Part shown: one piece after another, positions 38,909 through 53,129 of the stretch
How the letters are laid out: each line of letters starts with the position of its first letter
How positions within the stretch are numbered: position 1 is the stretch's first letter
Assembly (NCBI GenBank): GCA_951406725.2
Contig: OX597816.1
Location: 145,948,001-146,012,000 of the forward strand
Direction of reading: 5' to 3'
Length of the DNA: 64,000 bases
Source of the DNA: Octopus vulgaris
Taxonomy: Eukaryota
Made by a program: the position numbers and the translations under genes
Notes under the pieces: generated by a model
Database searches by the model: none
Told to the model about the DNA's origin: nothing
What the model saw: only the letters and a program-made list of their open reading frames with translations

Positions 38909-39181
38909 TTACTTTCATTTTATTCGTTGCCCACTGTGTGTGTGTGCGTTTGCGTGTGCTGTAAACCAGACTAAGAAAAGCATTTGACACACACACCAGA
39001 ATGTGAGTTTTCTGTAAATTTTGCTTAATTGGAGTTTAAATTTTAAAAACTGGACCTGGCATGACGCGATGCATTGTACTCTTAAAAATGCAAGGTAAAT
39101 TGTAATTGAAGAAATCCTATATTGTAGATTTGTATAACTCCCAAAGGGAGGCAGATAAAATCTGCCTTTTATAATAAGAGA
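38909..39181 (-). mobile_element. Helitron-like 5' fragment, family B copy 2
   Basis: Inverted near-identical match to 26059-26329 with the same A|TC start. Confidence 0.65.
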
Positions 39182-39624
39182 TACTGACATGATCATGCGT
39201 ATATTCGAATATGAATATCATAACAGCATTCTGTTTGTCTGTCTCGCTTTCGCTCTCTATCTCTGCCTCTTGCACCCTGAATGCGACATTTCACTCTGTA
39301 TTACAATGTTCAGAAAAAGTAATTTAATTGTTGCTTTCAGTAGAGTTATAGGTTCACAACCCGACATGATTTTGGTGGATCAATGTCAACTTAGTAAATC
39401 GATAGGTCGTTGCCGGCATTGAGGCTCTTCTCAAGAGAATGTCAAATAATTATGGCACTCAAAGAATTAACAATCATGAATCTTGGCTAAACAGAATGAT
39501 ACAAGAATGAATATTTTATCAATATGAACTATAATTCACACAAGATTAACTTCTTAATATAAATGTCGCTCACACGAACTTTTTCCCAATATCAAGGTAA
39601 TCGTTAATTCCTGAGCTTGGTATA

Positions 39625-39845
39625 ATTAGTTTCAAGTTTTGGCACAAGGCCAATAAGTTCGTGTGTGTGCGTAAGGCGATTCTATCGTCTTACTCTCACC
39701 TCCAGTGTTCAACTGGTACTTATTTAATCGACGCTGGAAGGCAACGTCTACGCCGCTAGAACTTGAACTGGGAATGTAAAGAAGGACGAAATGCTGCTGA
39801 GCAATTTTCTTGACGTATTAACGATTCTGTTAGATCACTGCCTCT
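39625..39845 (-). mobile_element. Diverged SINE type 1
   Basis: actggtacttatttaatcgac..acttgaactg..ttaacgattctgttagatcactgcct. Confidence 0.6.
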
Positions 39846-39982
39846 GTTTTGTGTATTCAAATACTCGATGAATAAAGAAGGAAAAGGCTAAGGGCGGGAA
39901 TAACAATGGAGATGGGAAAATGATGCTACTAAGATTTTAAACGTCAGTCAGTTGCAATTCATTTAACAACACTCTATATTTG

Positions 39983-40178
39983 AAATGCTTAGCGGTATTT
40001 CGTCTGACGTTATGTTCTGAGTTCAAATTCCGCCGTGGTAGACTTTGCCTTTCATCCTTTCGGGGTAGATAAATAAAGTACCAGTTTCGCACTGGGGTCG
40101 ATGTAATCGACTTAATCCATTTGTCTGTCCTTGTTTGTCCCCTCTATATTTTAGCCCTTGTGGGAAGTAAAGAAATAT
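39983..40178 (+). mobile_element. SINE type 1
   Basis: gagttcaaattccgccg..gactttgcctttcatcctttcgggg..gataaataaagtaccag. Confidence 0.8.
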
Positions 40179-41797
40179 ATATTTGAAATCTCTCTTATCA
40201 CGCTTAGTTCATAAAACTGGAATTGAAGTATGATTTTGAGTTCGTGCATATGAGTGCGTGCATGTCAACGTATGTGTGTGTGCGCGTACGTGCGTGCGTG
40301 CTCGTGTGTGCTTGAGTGTGTATGTGTGTTGTGGTGGTTCGACCGTCGAATTTTTTCATACCTAGCAGATGCAAGAGCGGGGGCAAATCTTATTTAAAGT
40401 GTGGAGGTGCTGGGTGCAAATCCCATTTAATTTAACTTACTAAGACGATATTCCCAGCAGTAAAATAAATAGTAGAATGTCATCCTTCACAAAACTGCAC
40501 AAGATTGGCAGAATGCCGAAAGAATCTCAAAATCTTGATCCGAATGATATACCATGGCTACTGGCATTTAGCACAATTCCCAATTCGAGATGTTTGACCT
40601 GAATTATGGCTTCCAGTATAGAAAAATTATATCATATTTCCTTAATTAGTTTCTCGTAGTGGGAGTACTGAGATGAAGATCAGTAGAGGTGAAGGGCACA
40701 TTCTTCGCCATATCCATATCTCCCCCCCCCCACACACACACGCACGCATGTAGATATTTATGTATATATGCGTGTAGTTGTGCATGTGCATGTACTCGTG
40801 TGTATAAGTGTATACTTATTAAATTTCTCATACCATATGGAATTGTATTACTGGCATTTGTCACCTGCTGTAAACACACACATTTCGCAATCACACAAGC
40901 TCTCATAGACATTTATGAATGTACAGATATGTACATTCTTGATGTGTATCTCGATGTGTAGAATATATCTCTAAGACAAGCTGGGTATATATGTGATTGC
41001 GCAGAATAATGAGTTGTTTCGACTATATTATGCGATGTACTTCCCATAATCCTTATAGAATTATATACAAGTGTCCTCAAGAGATGCTTGAAATATGACC
41101 ATAAGATCTTGAAGTAACAAATAAATTGTGGAGAAATAATAAAGTAGTGCATTTGTCACGAAACATGTTTGGCCTGACTGTCTCTTTCAATATAACGCAC
41201 TATTTATCACATATTGTAATGCATTCGATTCACTTCCATAATGCAGACAAATGCAGCTGCAAAGCATGCTCGTTGAAATGCTTCAATTACATTGACTCCT
41301 TTTGTATAGAATATAACTTGGTGTATTGAATTGCGCGAAGGAGTTCACAGATCAACGACTTAGCCCTCTGTCATTCCATTCATTGTTAAGGCAAATAGTT
41401 TATAATCCAGAAATAGTATCATTTTATAGTGAAAGTTCAGCGCCCCGATATATTATCTACAGAAATAAAGCAGAGATATTATTTATTGAAATCAGCGTAT
41501 CTAAGAATGAACAAAATAAGGAATATTAAAACAAGATGTGGTGATAAGGTTGTTTAAAATAATCCTTCGATGGAATTTTGAAGTCGATTTTCTACTTTAA
41601 TCACTCGCAATATTTTCCATCCTCAATCCTAAACTTAAAATTTAATAAACCATATGACGAGAAATTAAATTGAAGAAATATAAAGTAATTTACACACATT
41701 AAAGCTCAAAATATAACGAGCGACTTCAAATACCTGAACTGCAGTTCAACTGATAATAATAATAATAATAATGATGATAATGATGATGATGATGATA

Positions 41798-41863
<66 letters not shown>

Positions 41864-42155
41864 GTGATGATAATGATGATGATGATGATAATAATAATAA
41901 TAATGATGATAATAACAAATGATGAAGGTTATGATTAATCAGGCAGAACAGAATTACGCAAATTCAAAGTGGTGGCATAGCCAATTAAGTTATACTCATT
42001 ATTAGACCTGTACTGTAATTTATAACACATGACGTTTCAGAGACAGACTTTGGGTGACATTTAAACTTTGAATTTATAGGAATCAAACTCCCATCGGGTA
42101 TTATGTTGCCCGCCAGTTTCACCACCACCACCACACAACAACAACAACAACAACA

Positions 42156-42198
<43 letters not shown>

Positions 42199-42329
42199 GA
42201 AATTGTGATAACATCAATAATAATACTATAATTGTCATTACTAGTATTTATTATTATATGAAAACTCACAGTTTATTTTGCTGGGTGTTATGGAAAGTGT
42301 CAGCTGTCCACAGCCAGTAGACTAAGGTG

Positions 42330-42975
42330 CCACTTGTTTTACAGACCATGCTTCAAGTACCCTGCGAAAGATTCTTACAGTTCCAAGCAATGCTGATATT
42401 TGTAGGTGTTCTACTTTCACAGTTGCACAAATCTTTTTCTGTCACGTTGGTAGTTGAGCGCTGATACTTCCAAGTACACCAATTACTACTGGTATCACGT
42501 CTACTCCCTTAATTGACCAATCTTTAAATCGTCGTAGTTGTTTATTCCTTCTTCTTCTTTCACATAGACCTTGTTGTCACCGGAACATGCTATGTCGATA
42601 ATCATACATGATCTTTCTATTTTATTCACCAAAAACACTGTCCGGTTTCGTATGTCTCGTCAGGGGATCACAGTGGATCTTGTATCCCACAAGATTTTGA
42701 AGTTCTCATTTTCGGTGACTCTTTCTGGGGTTTGTTCATACCAAGCATTTGCTCTTTGTAGGCCGTGATCCCAATGGATAATTCTTGTCACATTGACATG
42801 GCGTCGTTTGTATTCACGTTGTGCAAATTTCGAGCATTCGCTAACGATGCGCCATATCATTTCACTCCACTCACTACACATTCTTGCATTTGTTGCTATC
42901 GGTAGTGTTGTCAATTCTGCGCCTCATATAATTGGTCCTTAACGATTGTTCATGAGCCTCTGTCTCTATCTTTAG
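42330..42975 (-). mobile_element. R4/Dong remnant
   Basis: REYKRRHVNV..IIHW..WYEQTPERVTENENFKILWD and IDIACSGD. Confidence 0.8.
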
Positions 42976-43105
42976 GTCACTCCTCCTCATCCACAACAAC
43001 CGGTACTCTGTATCTGTCTTGGCGTTCACATTTGATTATAATTTTTATCATTCCATACTGTTTGTTTTTTTTTAAATTGGTATTTAAATTTTTCTTCTTG
43101 TTATT

Positions 43106-43590
43106 GACTGAAACATCACTGCATGCCACCAAAGTGACACTGGAGTAAAATATACGAAGCCTAGTATATCCATCATACCTACCCGCATTATAGGGCACAT
43201 GCATCTCAAACATATGTACGCAACATAATGATTTCATATGAAGATAAACAGCGCATATCCGTGCATGTATGGCCCAGTTAGAATTTCCATTATGCCCAGT
43301 TGTCCGTCCCGCTCAAAATATCCCTGAATAAGGATGTTGAACAAAACAAACGTTTCCACGGGTGAATTATTCAAACTTCTGCCTGTGATCAGAGATGCAC
43401 ATATTGTCAGCCAATAGGCACATATTCAAGTGGTTAAAATCAAGCAGTTGACAAGCAAATATGTGTTATTGAGGAGAATAGTTGCTGTAGCCCATCTTGC
43501 ATACCGGGATAAAGCAATTTACATGATGACACTTCCAATCATTTAAGGTCAAAAGCCACGAGAGCCACTGCCTGGTACTGCACCCAGGGA
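43106..43590 (-). mobile_element. (AAT)-tailed 550-bp repeat family, diverged copy
   Basis: Reverse-complement homology to 4272-4824. Confidence 0.75.
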
Positions 43591-43649
43591 TTTATTATTA
43601 TTATCATTATCATTATAATTTATTGTCTTTGCACAACTTTTAACGCTGG

Positions 43650-44850
43650 AGATATATTACGGTGTCAGCTGTTCACTACCAATGAACAGCTCTTATTTTT
43701 TGAGCACCATCCAGAGTATCCGACCGGTTCGAAACAGCTTTTTTCTGCAACTGCTGAACTCTTATTGCAGCCCCTATTTGTTCCATGTACTTCTCAGGAT
43801 TTTTACTCACTGTTCCCAGGGCTCCGACAATTATTGGTTCTACTACCACCTCTTCCATCAACCACAAATGCTTAAGTTACCAAGCTAGCCTGTCATATCT
43901 ATCGACTTTTCTTTCATTCTTATCACATACCTTGTTGCCAGCTGTGCATGCTATACCTATGATCCAGCATCGTTTGCTTTCATTCTCAATGAACACTATG
44001 TCTGGTTTCCTATTTTCTATCTCACTGTCGTACAGAATCGTAAAATCCCATAGAATCTTTGCATTATCATTTTCGATGATGCCTTCGGGTTTATGTTCGT
44101 ACCACTTTTTTACTCTGTCAAGTCCATAATTGTTGCAAAGAATCCAATGGACAATCCTTGCTATATTATCATGACGTCTCATATATTATTTCTGTGCGAT
44201 TGGAGTACAATGGCTGGTTATATGCCATACCGCTTCACCATATTTTCTACAAATTCTGCACTTAACACTTTCTGATGTGTTGTCTATTCTGTATTTGATG
44301 TAATTGGTTCTTAATACTTGCTCTTGGGCATCAGTGAATAGAGCCTACGTATCCGGCTTCAAATCACTTTCAGACATCTTTTTTCTCTTTCTGTCTTATC
44401 TACGACAACACTATGAAATAGTCCATGCATTCTTTTCTTTATACACGTATTTTCAGTTTCATTTATTCTCAAGTGTTTGGACAGAGCTTTATATTTACTA
44501 TCTTCCATCCTACACAAGCCTGACCATCTTAATTAGTGGTTGTGTGGCATTTTTTTTTACATACCATGCTATGTTGTTTTCTTCTGCTGTAATGCCGTGT
44601 TCGCATCCAATCAGTTTGCTTTCCCCTCTTTTTCTTGGTACACACAGTCTAAATGTGTCCCTTTTTGGGTGGAGTTCCCCATATCTAGTCAGCAACTTCT
44701 TTGTCTTTTTGTCTTTGTCTACTGTCTTTCTGTCAAGTTCATCTAGTACCCATGCGATTATCCCTGCTCCATAACTAAGGAGTGAAACCGCCCAGGTGTT
44801 GATAGCTTCAATCCTATTCCGTCCGTTTATATTAGACTTAAGTATCAGGG
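43650..44850 (-). mobile_element. R4/Dong remnant
   Basis: LHPKRDTFRLCVPRKRG, RRHDNIARIVHW..ILWD..KPDIV and PIIVGALG. Confidence 0.85.
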
Positions 44851-44874
44851 ATAGTTCCTATTGAACCAGTAACT

Positions 44875-46675
44875 ATTGATATACATACTCCTGTGCTTTA
44901 CACAGTCTCTGCAATACAAAGGCTACATCCTGGTACTTTGCTATCTTAAATATACCTTTCATATAGACATTTTCATCATTAGGGACTGTAAAGTCAATTA
45001 CCTGGCATTTTCCATTGTCTTTATCAACTACTACTAAATCAGACCTTTTAGCATCTATTACTCTGTCAGTCTGAATGTTGAAGTTCCGCAACATCTTAAA
45101 CTTCTTACTTTCCAGTACTTTATTAGTTCATGTACATACCATTTATCAATATGCTCAAATCCTAGCTTTCTATATAACGCCCAGTGGATTGCCCTCCCTA
45201 GGTTGTCATGACTTTTCTTGTATTCACTTACCATATGAGTAACACTTTCCACTTTAGATTTGCATTTGCATTCCTACATTAGGAATCTACTTGGTTTTTG
45301 TCTATTTTGGCTTTTATCCAATTAGTCCTTGATGCTTGACCTTGCGCAAGTACTAACTAAAATTTCTGCCTCACTTATCAGTCTCCCTTTCTATTACATT
45401 ATCCATATCTCATTACTACTATATACTGCAAACATCCTAGGGTACCTAAAATACCAGACCTTCTACTGCCAGTCAGATTACTTTTGTTATTTTCCTGGTT
45501 TTTAACTTCGTTTGATTTTTGGTTTCCCTATCACTCTAGCAGCTCTTAAGAAACTTTCTTAACTTTTACTTGCATAGGAGTCTATATCTACTCTAGTTCA
45601 CACCACGCAGTCTTCTACTGATATTAGTCCACTTCCACCACCCTTTCTAAGTAAGTACGCATTACCTTGCTATTCTTGCTCTTGGATGGAGTTCTCCATT
45701 CATATTGAATATTTTCCTAGTTCTTACGTCTAGTCTTTCTAATTCAGTTTTTTCTCTAATCTACGAAAGCTGCTGAGTATCTAAGGAAAGATACTGACCA
45801 AGTATTTACTGCCTTCGCTAGATTCGGACAATTTAGTTTTGATTTCATTAGCTTCCTTACACTTTTGATGTACATCGTAATTTTCGTTTTCATATATATA
45901 GTTAGCGATCTGTCAGATTCTAATATTTTCAGATACTTATAATTCTTTCCATGTTTTAATGATTTTTAAGTTTTGATCATCTGGTAATTTGATGCCTTCA
46001 CTGTTGACTACTAGTCCTGTTTTCCTGGCTAATATTGCACACTTATCCATGCAAAATTCCATGCCTGTATCTTTGCTGAAGTGTCTTACAGTCTGTATTA
46101 AGGAATCTATCTCTTTTTCATTCTTTCTAAAAAGCTTCAGATCATCAGTGTAGAGCAAATGCTTAATTTTCCCCTTACTATTTCTGAACTGATACTCTGC
46201 ATTTGCCTTCCTTAATACTAAACTGTAGGTATCGGTCAGGCAACAAATATTAAAGGGGATAAAGAGTCTCCTTGCAAAATTCCTCTCTCGATATTAACTT
46301 TACACAAGACTGTATCACCTGAGTATAGATATACTTTCCATTTCTTCATTCTAAAGCTAATTAATTCTCTTATGTTGCTTGCTATACTGAATGTACTCAA
46401 ATATTCACTTATATATGAGTGTTGGATCATGCCATAGGCTTTTTTGTAATCTATATATGCCATTGTTAGATTCCTCTTTCTATATTTTCCTTGATTTAGA
46501 ACTCCTTTGTCTATGAATAATAGATAATGTTTCCCTCTAGATTTCTTCCTGCAAACTTTCTGTTCCTCTGGTACTAAATTGTAGTTGTCAAGATGCTCCT
46601 AAATGCTTTCTGAAAGCATTCCTGTTAACAGCTTCCACATGTTGAGCAAGTCATTGGTTAATAATTGATAGCTGT
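44875..46675 (-). mobile_element. R4/Dong remnant (RT to RLE)
   Basis: AYIDYKKAYG, GILQGDSLSP, LYTDDLKLF, HDNLGRAIHW and SDLVVVD..VIDFTVP. Confidence 0.85.
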
Positions 46676-47194
46676 ATTATCCTTGCTTTTGTCTTTCATA
46701 AAGTGTTTTCTTCTTCCTTAACATTCTTGTTGACAGCTTCACCACCAATGGTAAACAAGTAATTAATCTATAATCGCTAGCTGTATAACCTTTTCCTCCT
46801 CCAACATAAGTCAAGGAGCCATGGTAGTTTCTTACTGCCAACACCAGATCTCCAAAAGCCTCAATAACAACAATGAAACTAACAACGACCAGTAACAAAA
46901 CCAGCATCAACCCTGGCAACAACGGCATCGTCATCAACAAGAACAGAAAAACCAATAAACGAAGAAAAGTCACCAACACCAGCATCAATAGCAGCCACAA
47001 AAACAACAGCAACCCCAGCTACAGCATTATCAATCACAGCAGCAACACCAGCCACAGCAGCAACAACAAGAACAAGAACAACACCAACAACACCAGCAAC
47101 AGATGCACCAACCTCACTCCCTTTGACAGTAGTAGAGATAATACATAAGAACACACACAGTCAATTATTAGGCATCCTTATTTGTCCCTCCTAA

Positions 47195-47450
47195 AGGTTA
47201 TTTATCCGACCTTCGGCGCTCTAACAACTTGTCTGTCTGGAAGACACAGTCCCAGAGGATTCTTGCCTTCCCCTTTTTGTCCATTAGCTTTTCTGGTGTA
47301 CATTGGTAACAAGCACTCATATCCATACTTACGACAGTGGAGGTTTTGGCTACATTGTTGTGTTTTCGCTTGAACTCTTTCTGCGCAAGACTTTCACAAG
47401 CACTAGCAATGAGGGTCACGCTTTCGACCCTATTCCCACACATTCTGCAG
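47195..47450 (-). mobile_element. R4/Dong CCHC/RLE fragment
   Basis: CGNRVESVTLIASACESLAQKEFKRKHNNV..ILWD. Confidence 0.75.
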
Positions 47451-47489
47451 AAAATTATGAGTTTGTTTTAAAATTTGAGATTACATAGA

Positions 47490-48585
47490 CAGTAATTTTC
47501 GTAGAATATGGGCAGTTCCCATGAGCAATTTTTTTAGAATTTTTGCCATTTTGGGATTTTCTGGTATCTGAGGTAGATAGCAATCAGCCCCTTTTGCTAT
47601 CATTCCTAGAGCACCTATGACAACAGTATTGTTTTAGTCTTCAGCTTCCACGTTTTTCAAATTTCCATTTCAAGAATTTTATACTCGCTCTGATTTTGGT
47701 AGATCTTGACACATACATTTATATCGATTAGGACAGTCATATCAATGAGGAGGCATGATTTTCGTTTGGAGCCTTTCAATATAACGTACGGCCTGTTTGC
47801 ATCTATCTTTCTGTCAGTATGAATGGTGAAGTTCCAGAGGAGGGAGATGTGATCATTTTCAAGCATTGTAGGTGGTTTGCGTTCCCACCAGTTTTTATCA
47901 AAGTGCAGGTCCAGGTTTTTAAAAATTACCCAGTGAATATAAAGTGCAGCTCTATCATGCCTCTTGAGATACTCTGTAAGCGCAAGAAAACTGCACATGG
48001 AGACAACATGGTCAACGTTCTCATTTTGTTGTTGACATATACGACATGTCAGGAAGCTGCCGTTGTTTAATATGTTGACCTGGTAGTTTCTTGTAGGTAG
48101 ACAATGATCTGGTATGATAAACACTTCTGTTTCTTATTTTAAGCTAGAATCCATTAGCATTTGATGGGTAAGAGCACTATCAACATCGGCATTGTTAGCT
48201 CTCCTTGGGCATTTGCCATTGAGAGGTTTTTCTTGCCATTTATCACTAAGAATGTCTAAGGCAGCAGTTTTAGCACGGGTTTTTATACGCTTAGCTTTTT
48301 CTGTGCTCGTTTCTAGCACGTCAAATCCTGGAATTTTATTTGGAATTCACTTATATATTCCTTTGCCTGTTTTGTTATAGAGTACGATGCTTTCTTGCTT
48401 TCATGTTTTAACATCCAGTCCTCAGAGATTTTCATATATTTGTCTTGGCCAATTGTAGCAATCATCATTGTTAATTCCGGTTGAAAACTTCCACGGCCTC
48501 ACTCTTTTCTTGGCAGATAAAGTCATTATATATCTGCCTTAGTGTGGTGCATTCTATGCACTTTCAACAATTTTCGTATTTCCCA
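47490..48585 (-). mobile_element. R4/Dong remnant
   Basis: KWQEKPLNGK, LPTRNYQ..CRICQQQNENVDHVVSMC..RHD..NRP..LIDMTV. Confidence 0.85.
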
Positions 48586-49229
48586 CTTTAAATCGTCATA
48601 GTTATTTACTTCTTTCACACTGATCCTGTTGTCACCGAGTCATGCTATGTCGATAAACACATATGTTCTCTCACTTGTGCCAATATTTTAAAACAATATT
48701 ATGGTATCGCAAGGCACGTGCTTGCGGCTTGTTATGAAGTATTGGTGGAGGGGAATGTTACCTATTATCGAGACAGTGTGTAACGACGATTTCTCCATGA
48801 ACACAAATTTGATTACCATCACTCACAGTGACCGAAAATATACAAGTAGAAGAACAATGGTGACTATAACAATTATAAGAACAATGGCAGCAGCAGAAAT
48901 AGCAACAAGGACATTAGTGTTGACGGTTACAATAGCATCAGGAACGATAGAAACAATGGCAACAATAGCAGGAATAACAGGAACAGCGGCATCAACTGCA
49001 ATTACAAAATCAGCACTACGGAGAACAATCAATGCTGCAACTAAACGTCAACATCGACAGGCAACAGCACCTACAATAATGACGACTACGACGGAAATGA
49101 AACTACTACAGCTGACACAAGGCTAAGGCACTCTTATAATAACGAGTTCAACAAAATAAAATAGTTCTGCCTTTCTCTAAAGAAAGTAATTGTACGCCTA
49201 TCATAGGTGATATAATTTTTGGAAGTTGA

Positions 49230-50045
49230 TATATAGAGACAACATGCTTAGGCATGTTATGCCTGCAACTGTAAAGAAGTGTTGCTGTATCATGATGTGT
49301 CAACTAAACCTCGTTGCTTAGAAGTCGCAGCATACATCTAACTGGAGTTTACCCTCAACGTACATGTCAGATATATAAGGCTAGAGCGAAACAGTTGGTG
49401 GGTGTGGATGTCATTGCAGAAGCAATTCCCACGTCCCGAGGCACTCCACATTTCCAATAATTGAAAGGAATACTATTTTTACCTAACATATATACGAAGA
49501 TGGATGTCTCACATTTACAAGTCGCCAAACAAGCTGGTCTGTTTCAATGAACTTTCAGTTCCGGAACTACCATGGATAACTTCCTTAAATACGTGGCTTG
49601 TCGGTGTTACTGAAGAGTTCTACCGGTTTTAGATAAAGTCTATAGGCACGAAAGTTCCAAGAAGCGGAACTGTACGAGATGAGTGTCGAAACTATACTGC
49701 ACGCACTCGTTTAATATATGGACATTACTGACTAGAGGAGTTATATCGAAAATCTCTCATCGTATGTGGGACGAATTCGACGGTCGGCCGAATCCTACCC
49801 GGGGACGGCCCCACCATTTACCTTTAACAATACAGAGCAGGCGGTGTTCCTTTGTCCAAAGGTTATGTTGCAAAAGGTCATGTGGTGGACGAGTCTGAAA
49901 TGATTGAGGAAAGGAACCTTCCTCTTCGGCTCAGCCCTCACCAACACTTTTTAAGTTCTTCTTGGAACGATAAGTGAGTGTGAAGAGGGAGGTGCTACTT
50001 CCCAGTGAATTTGCGAAAGGATGGGTGACTGTGGTAAAACAGTTT
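49230..50045 (+). mobile_element. Old Tx1/L1-clade LINE remnant related to 29555-30455
   Basis: LPVLDKVYRH, ETILHALV, VMWWTSLK*LRKGTFLFG and KREVLLPSEFAKGWVTV parallel the 30017-30391 ORF. Confidence 0.7.
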
Positions 50046-51389
50046 ATGGTGCATAACACTACTATGAGCATTGGCATACTGACTGGGAAACAACATTTGT
50101 GTAAGAGCTAGTGGCTTTGATGGTTAGGGAAATCCTGAATCTGTGGAAATCTTTGACTGGGCGTAGTCGGACTTTGTCCTGTATTTGCAGAACTGCATCA
50201 TTCATGTCACCATACTTTGTGTACTGGGAATACTTTATCTCATACCATCGCGTTTTACATTTCATTCTCCTCATATTTCAAGTAAACCACACATTTTAGA
50301 CCATCCTTGTCATGCTTCCCTCATCTGTACTTCTGTGCTAGTAAAAGAAATCATCATCATCATCATCATCGTTGTTATTGTTTTTATTATTATTTCTATT
50401 AAATCACCGCAATAATGTAGCTTGGATTTGATCTAATTTGGTTTAGTTTCTCAATGAAGAGGTAGATTTTCAGTGAGTTTCTATTAAAACAAAGAACGAT
50501 TGCGGCTCTGATATTGATACAGCAATCCTCAATTTAATAGAGATTGTTATATAAATAAAATTTTCTGAATAACGGATTGAAGAATACGTTAACGATACAA
50601 GTATTGTGTAGGCAGATTTCGGACCAGATTTTATTAAGTAGAAGGAAATAAAATGGAATTATATGTTTGAAGAGTTTGTATAGAAGTTCAACATTCATTC
50701 AAGAAATTTGATAAATGCAGTCAACACATGTGCCGTGTCTTACATGAGCTATATTGTTTTCGAGTAATCCATTCAAAATAACTTACCTATCAATGAAGTG
50801 CTTCATGCGAAGGCAAATTGAACTTGTCTTTACATCAAAAAGAAGAAGAGTAATAGGATATATAGCTATGTGAATGGGAAATCTTGCTCCCAATTAATCG
50901 ATATTTAAGAGTGCTCCAATAGGCCAGGAAATGGTGTGTCTGCTGAAATTGAAGTCCAGAATACACCAAAAAGCAGGATAAATAATGAAAAATGCGTTAG
51001 ATTAACTGAAGTTACGGGCATAGATCCATAGGTTTATCAAGTATATCAAAAATCATAATTTATCTAGGAATAACTCAGGGCTGGAAAATTGAAGTGAGAG
51101 ATGGAACTCTAATGCTAGCTGCTCAAATCAGGCCCTGGATTCTAATTCATTTAATTTCCTTTCTAACTTTAGCGTAAAGCCTGCAATTTGGAGGGTGCGG
51201 AATTCGATTAAATTGACCCCGGTATTCTAATGTTATGAGATATCGTTATATATCATACAAAAATAAATGCCTCATAATATACATTACCATTCCTTCACGC
51301 AAAAATACTCGAAAACATAGAAAATTCTCGAAATAAATTGTATCAAAAGTAGAAATATGAAAAATGTGGAAAATTAATTAAATTGATTG

Positions 51390-51615
51390 TAAGAGATTAG
51401 TGTGAAATTAAAAATGAGTGTCCATATAGAATTAGATCGAGATGGAAGTATTGGATATGAAAGCAAGCAGTTGAGAGTTTTACAGGCGTGATCTTCCAGG
51501 AGAAGATCATATTCTTAGACAAGTATTTTCCTTGTAAGGATTTTTTGTTCTGGTTTGATATTTTATATTTTTAACAACAATCTTTCATTATTTCATCTAG
51601 GTTATGCAATGTAGC

Positions 51616-51658
<43 letters not shown>

Positions 51659-52990
51659 CTTTATAGCGAGCTATAATAATAGCATGCAAAAGAAATAATT
51701 TAGAAAAGAATAATTGCGTTCTTCCGGAAAGAAACTATGTGCACCTGATATGGTAAAATATACCAGGTCCTTATTATCATGATGATCATGAAAATTCTGA
51801 AAACATGTATAAAGATTTAACACGCCTATATATTGACAATAATAATGTGTTTGTTTCTGTCGTACATAATCGACAACTAAACAACTTTGTGTTCTATAAA
51901 TTATATATATCATAATGGATGATACTACACTAATAATAATAAAAAGCCAGCAGTTCGCAGTCCCGGAATGATAATACATGCGTGATCCTTCGCTACTGTA
52001 ATATATTAAGATTAAATCAATTCCAGCAATCATTTATTTCACAGTTTTGCCTCTGATTTTATAAAACCAAGATTAAAATAGTGCGTTTCTTAAAGTGTCT
52101 GAAGACAAGGCTCAATCAAAGCACCATATACGTGAAGGATCTGAACAATGTTTGCTTGTTTCCCTCAATATTATCCACCAATTCAATAGTGGAGATGAAA
52201 TAGTATTCCCACCTAGAAAATAATAAATGTTCTCATACCAGGACATGGATGAGTCAGTTAGTTTCAAAGACTCAGACGAGGACTTGTTAGGGAAAGTCCT
52301 ATACTATACATTCTTGACCATTGTTGAATGTTAAAGTATGTAATAGCTATGCGAATAGCAGGCAATATAAAGAATTTATTTTGTCAGGATCCCAGACGTT
52401 TATTATAATTCACTGAAATATTTGCAGAATCTTATGAATATATGAAGTTAAATGTGCAATTCAAGAAATCCTTTGAAACACTGCAGCTTATTACGCAATA
52501 CATTTATGAGGAAAGTAATAATACCGTCTACTACATTTCTATTACACATAATAGCCTGTTTAGTGTTCTTCTTGATTCTCATCATACAAAAGATATTAAC
52601 TCAATTATCAGTGCGTCAAGAGACGTGTCCAAATGAAAACGATTTAGAAAGATGCAATACTGTAGCCCGGCTTGCTACAAATGACAGCCGTGTAACTCTG
52701 AAACATGTATAAGAAACGAAACACGTTACTAAAAATCTAGACACATTAAACTTTGAAAAAAATGGTAAGTATGAATATAGTATTTCCATTTGTTTATCTC
52801 TGATATCTGGACATATAGAGGCAAAACGACAGTAAAATTTATAAAAGAACGATTGGATTAAATTTTGAAAAATTAAGTTCAATAAATGAGTCACCAGTAA
52901 AATTTATTATCCAGTGGTAAATATGGCAAACATCAATGACCACATAGATTTTCTCTACTTTTGTTGTGATTCCCTTGAATTCTTTGTGAA
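51390..52990 (+). pseudogene. Possible heavily decayed pentameric ligand-gated ion channel (nAChR/chemotactile-receptor-like) pseudogene
   Basis: Ordered motif remnants in shifting frames: EISVKLKMSV, EDHILR, KKLCAPDMVKY, TTLCSINYIY, ESYEYMKLNVQFK, AYYAIHL, IIPSTTFLLHIIACLVFFL, WQ/INDHIDFLYF. Confidence 0.35.
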
Positions 52991-53129
52991 GAGATATACA
53001 TATATGAAACACTTTGGTTTGTATCAATGCAATGTAAGAAACATTAAGATACTAAATAGCATTAATTACGTGGTGTGGAAAAGTATATTAATCATCGAAT
53101 AATATTCTTTCTAATTTCTTATACTCTTT

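Noticed and set aside
46677-47154. Asn/Ser-rich and Val/Ala-rich ORFs, and the Thr/Ala-rich ORF at 48701-49126
   Set aside because: These are degenerate CAA/CAG-type trinucleotide tracts open in several frames.
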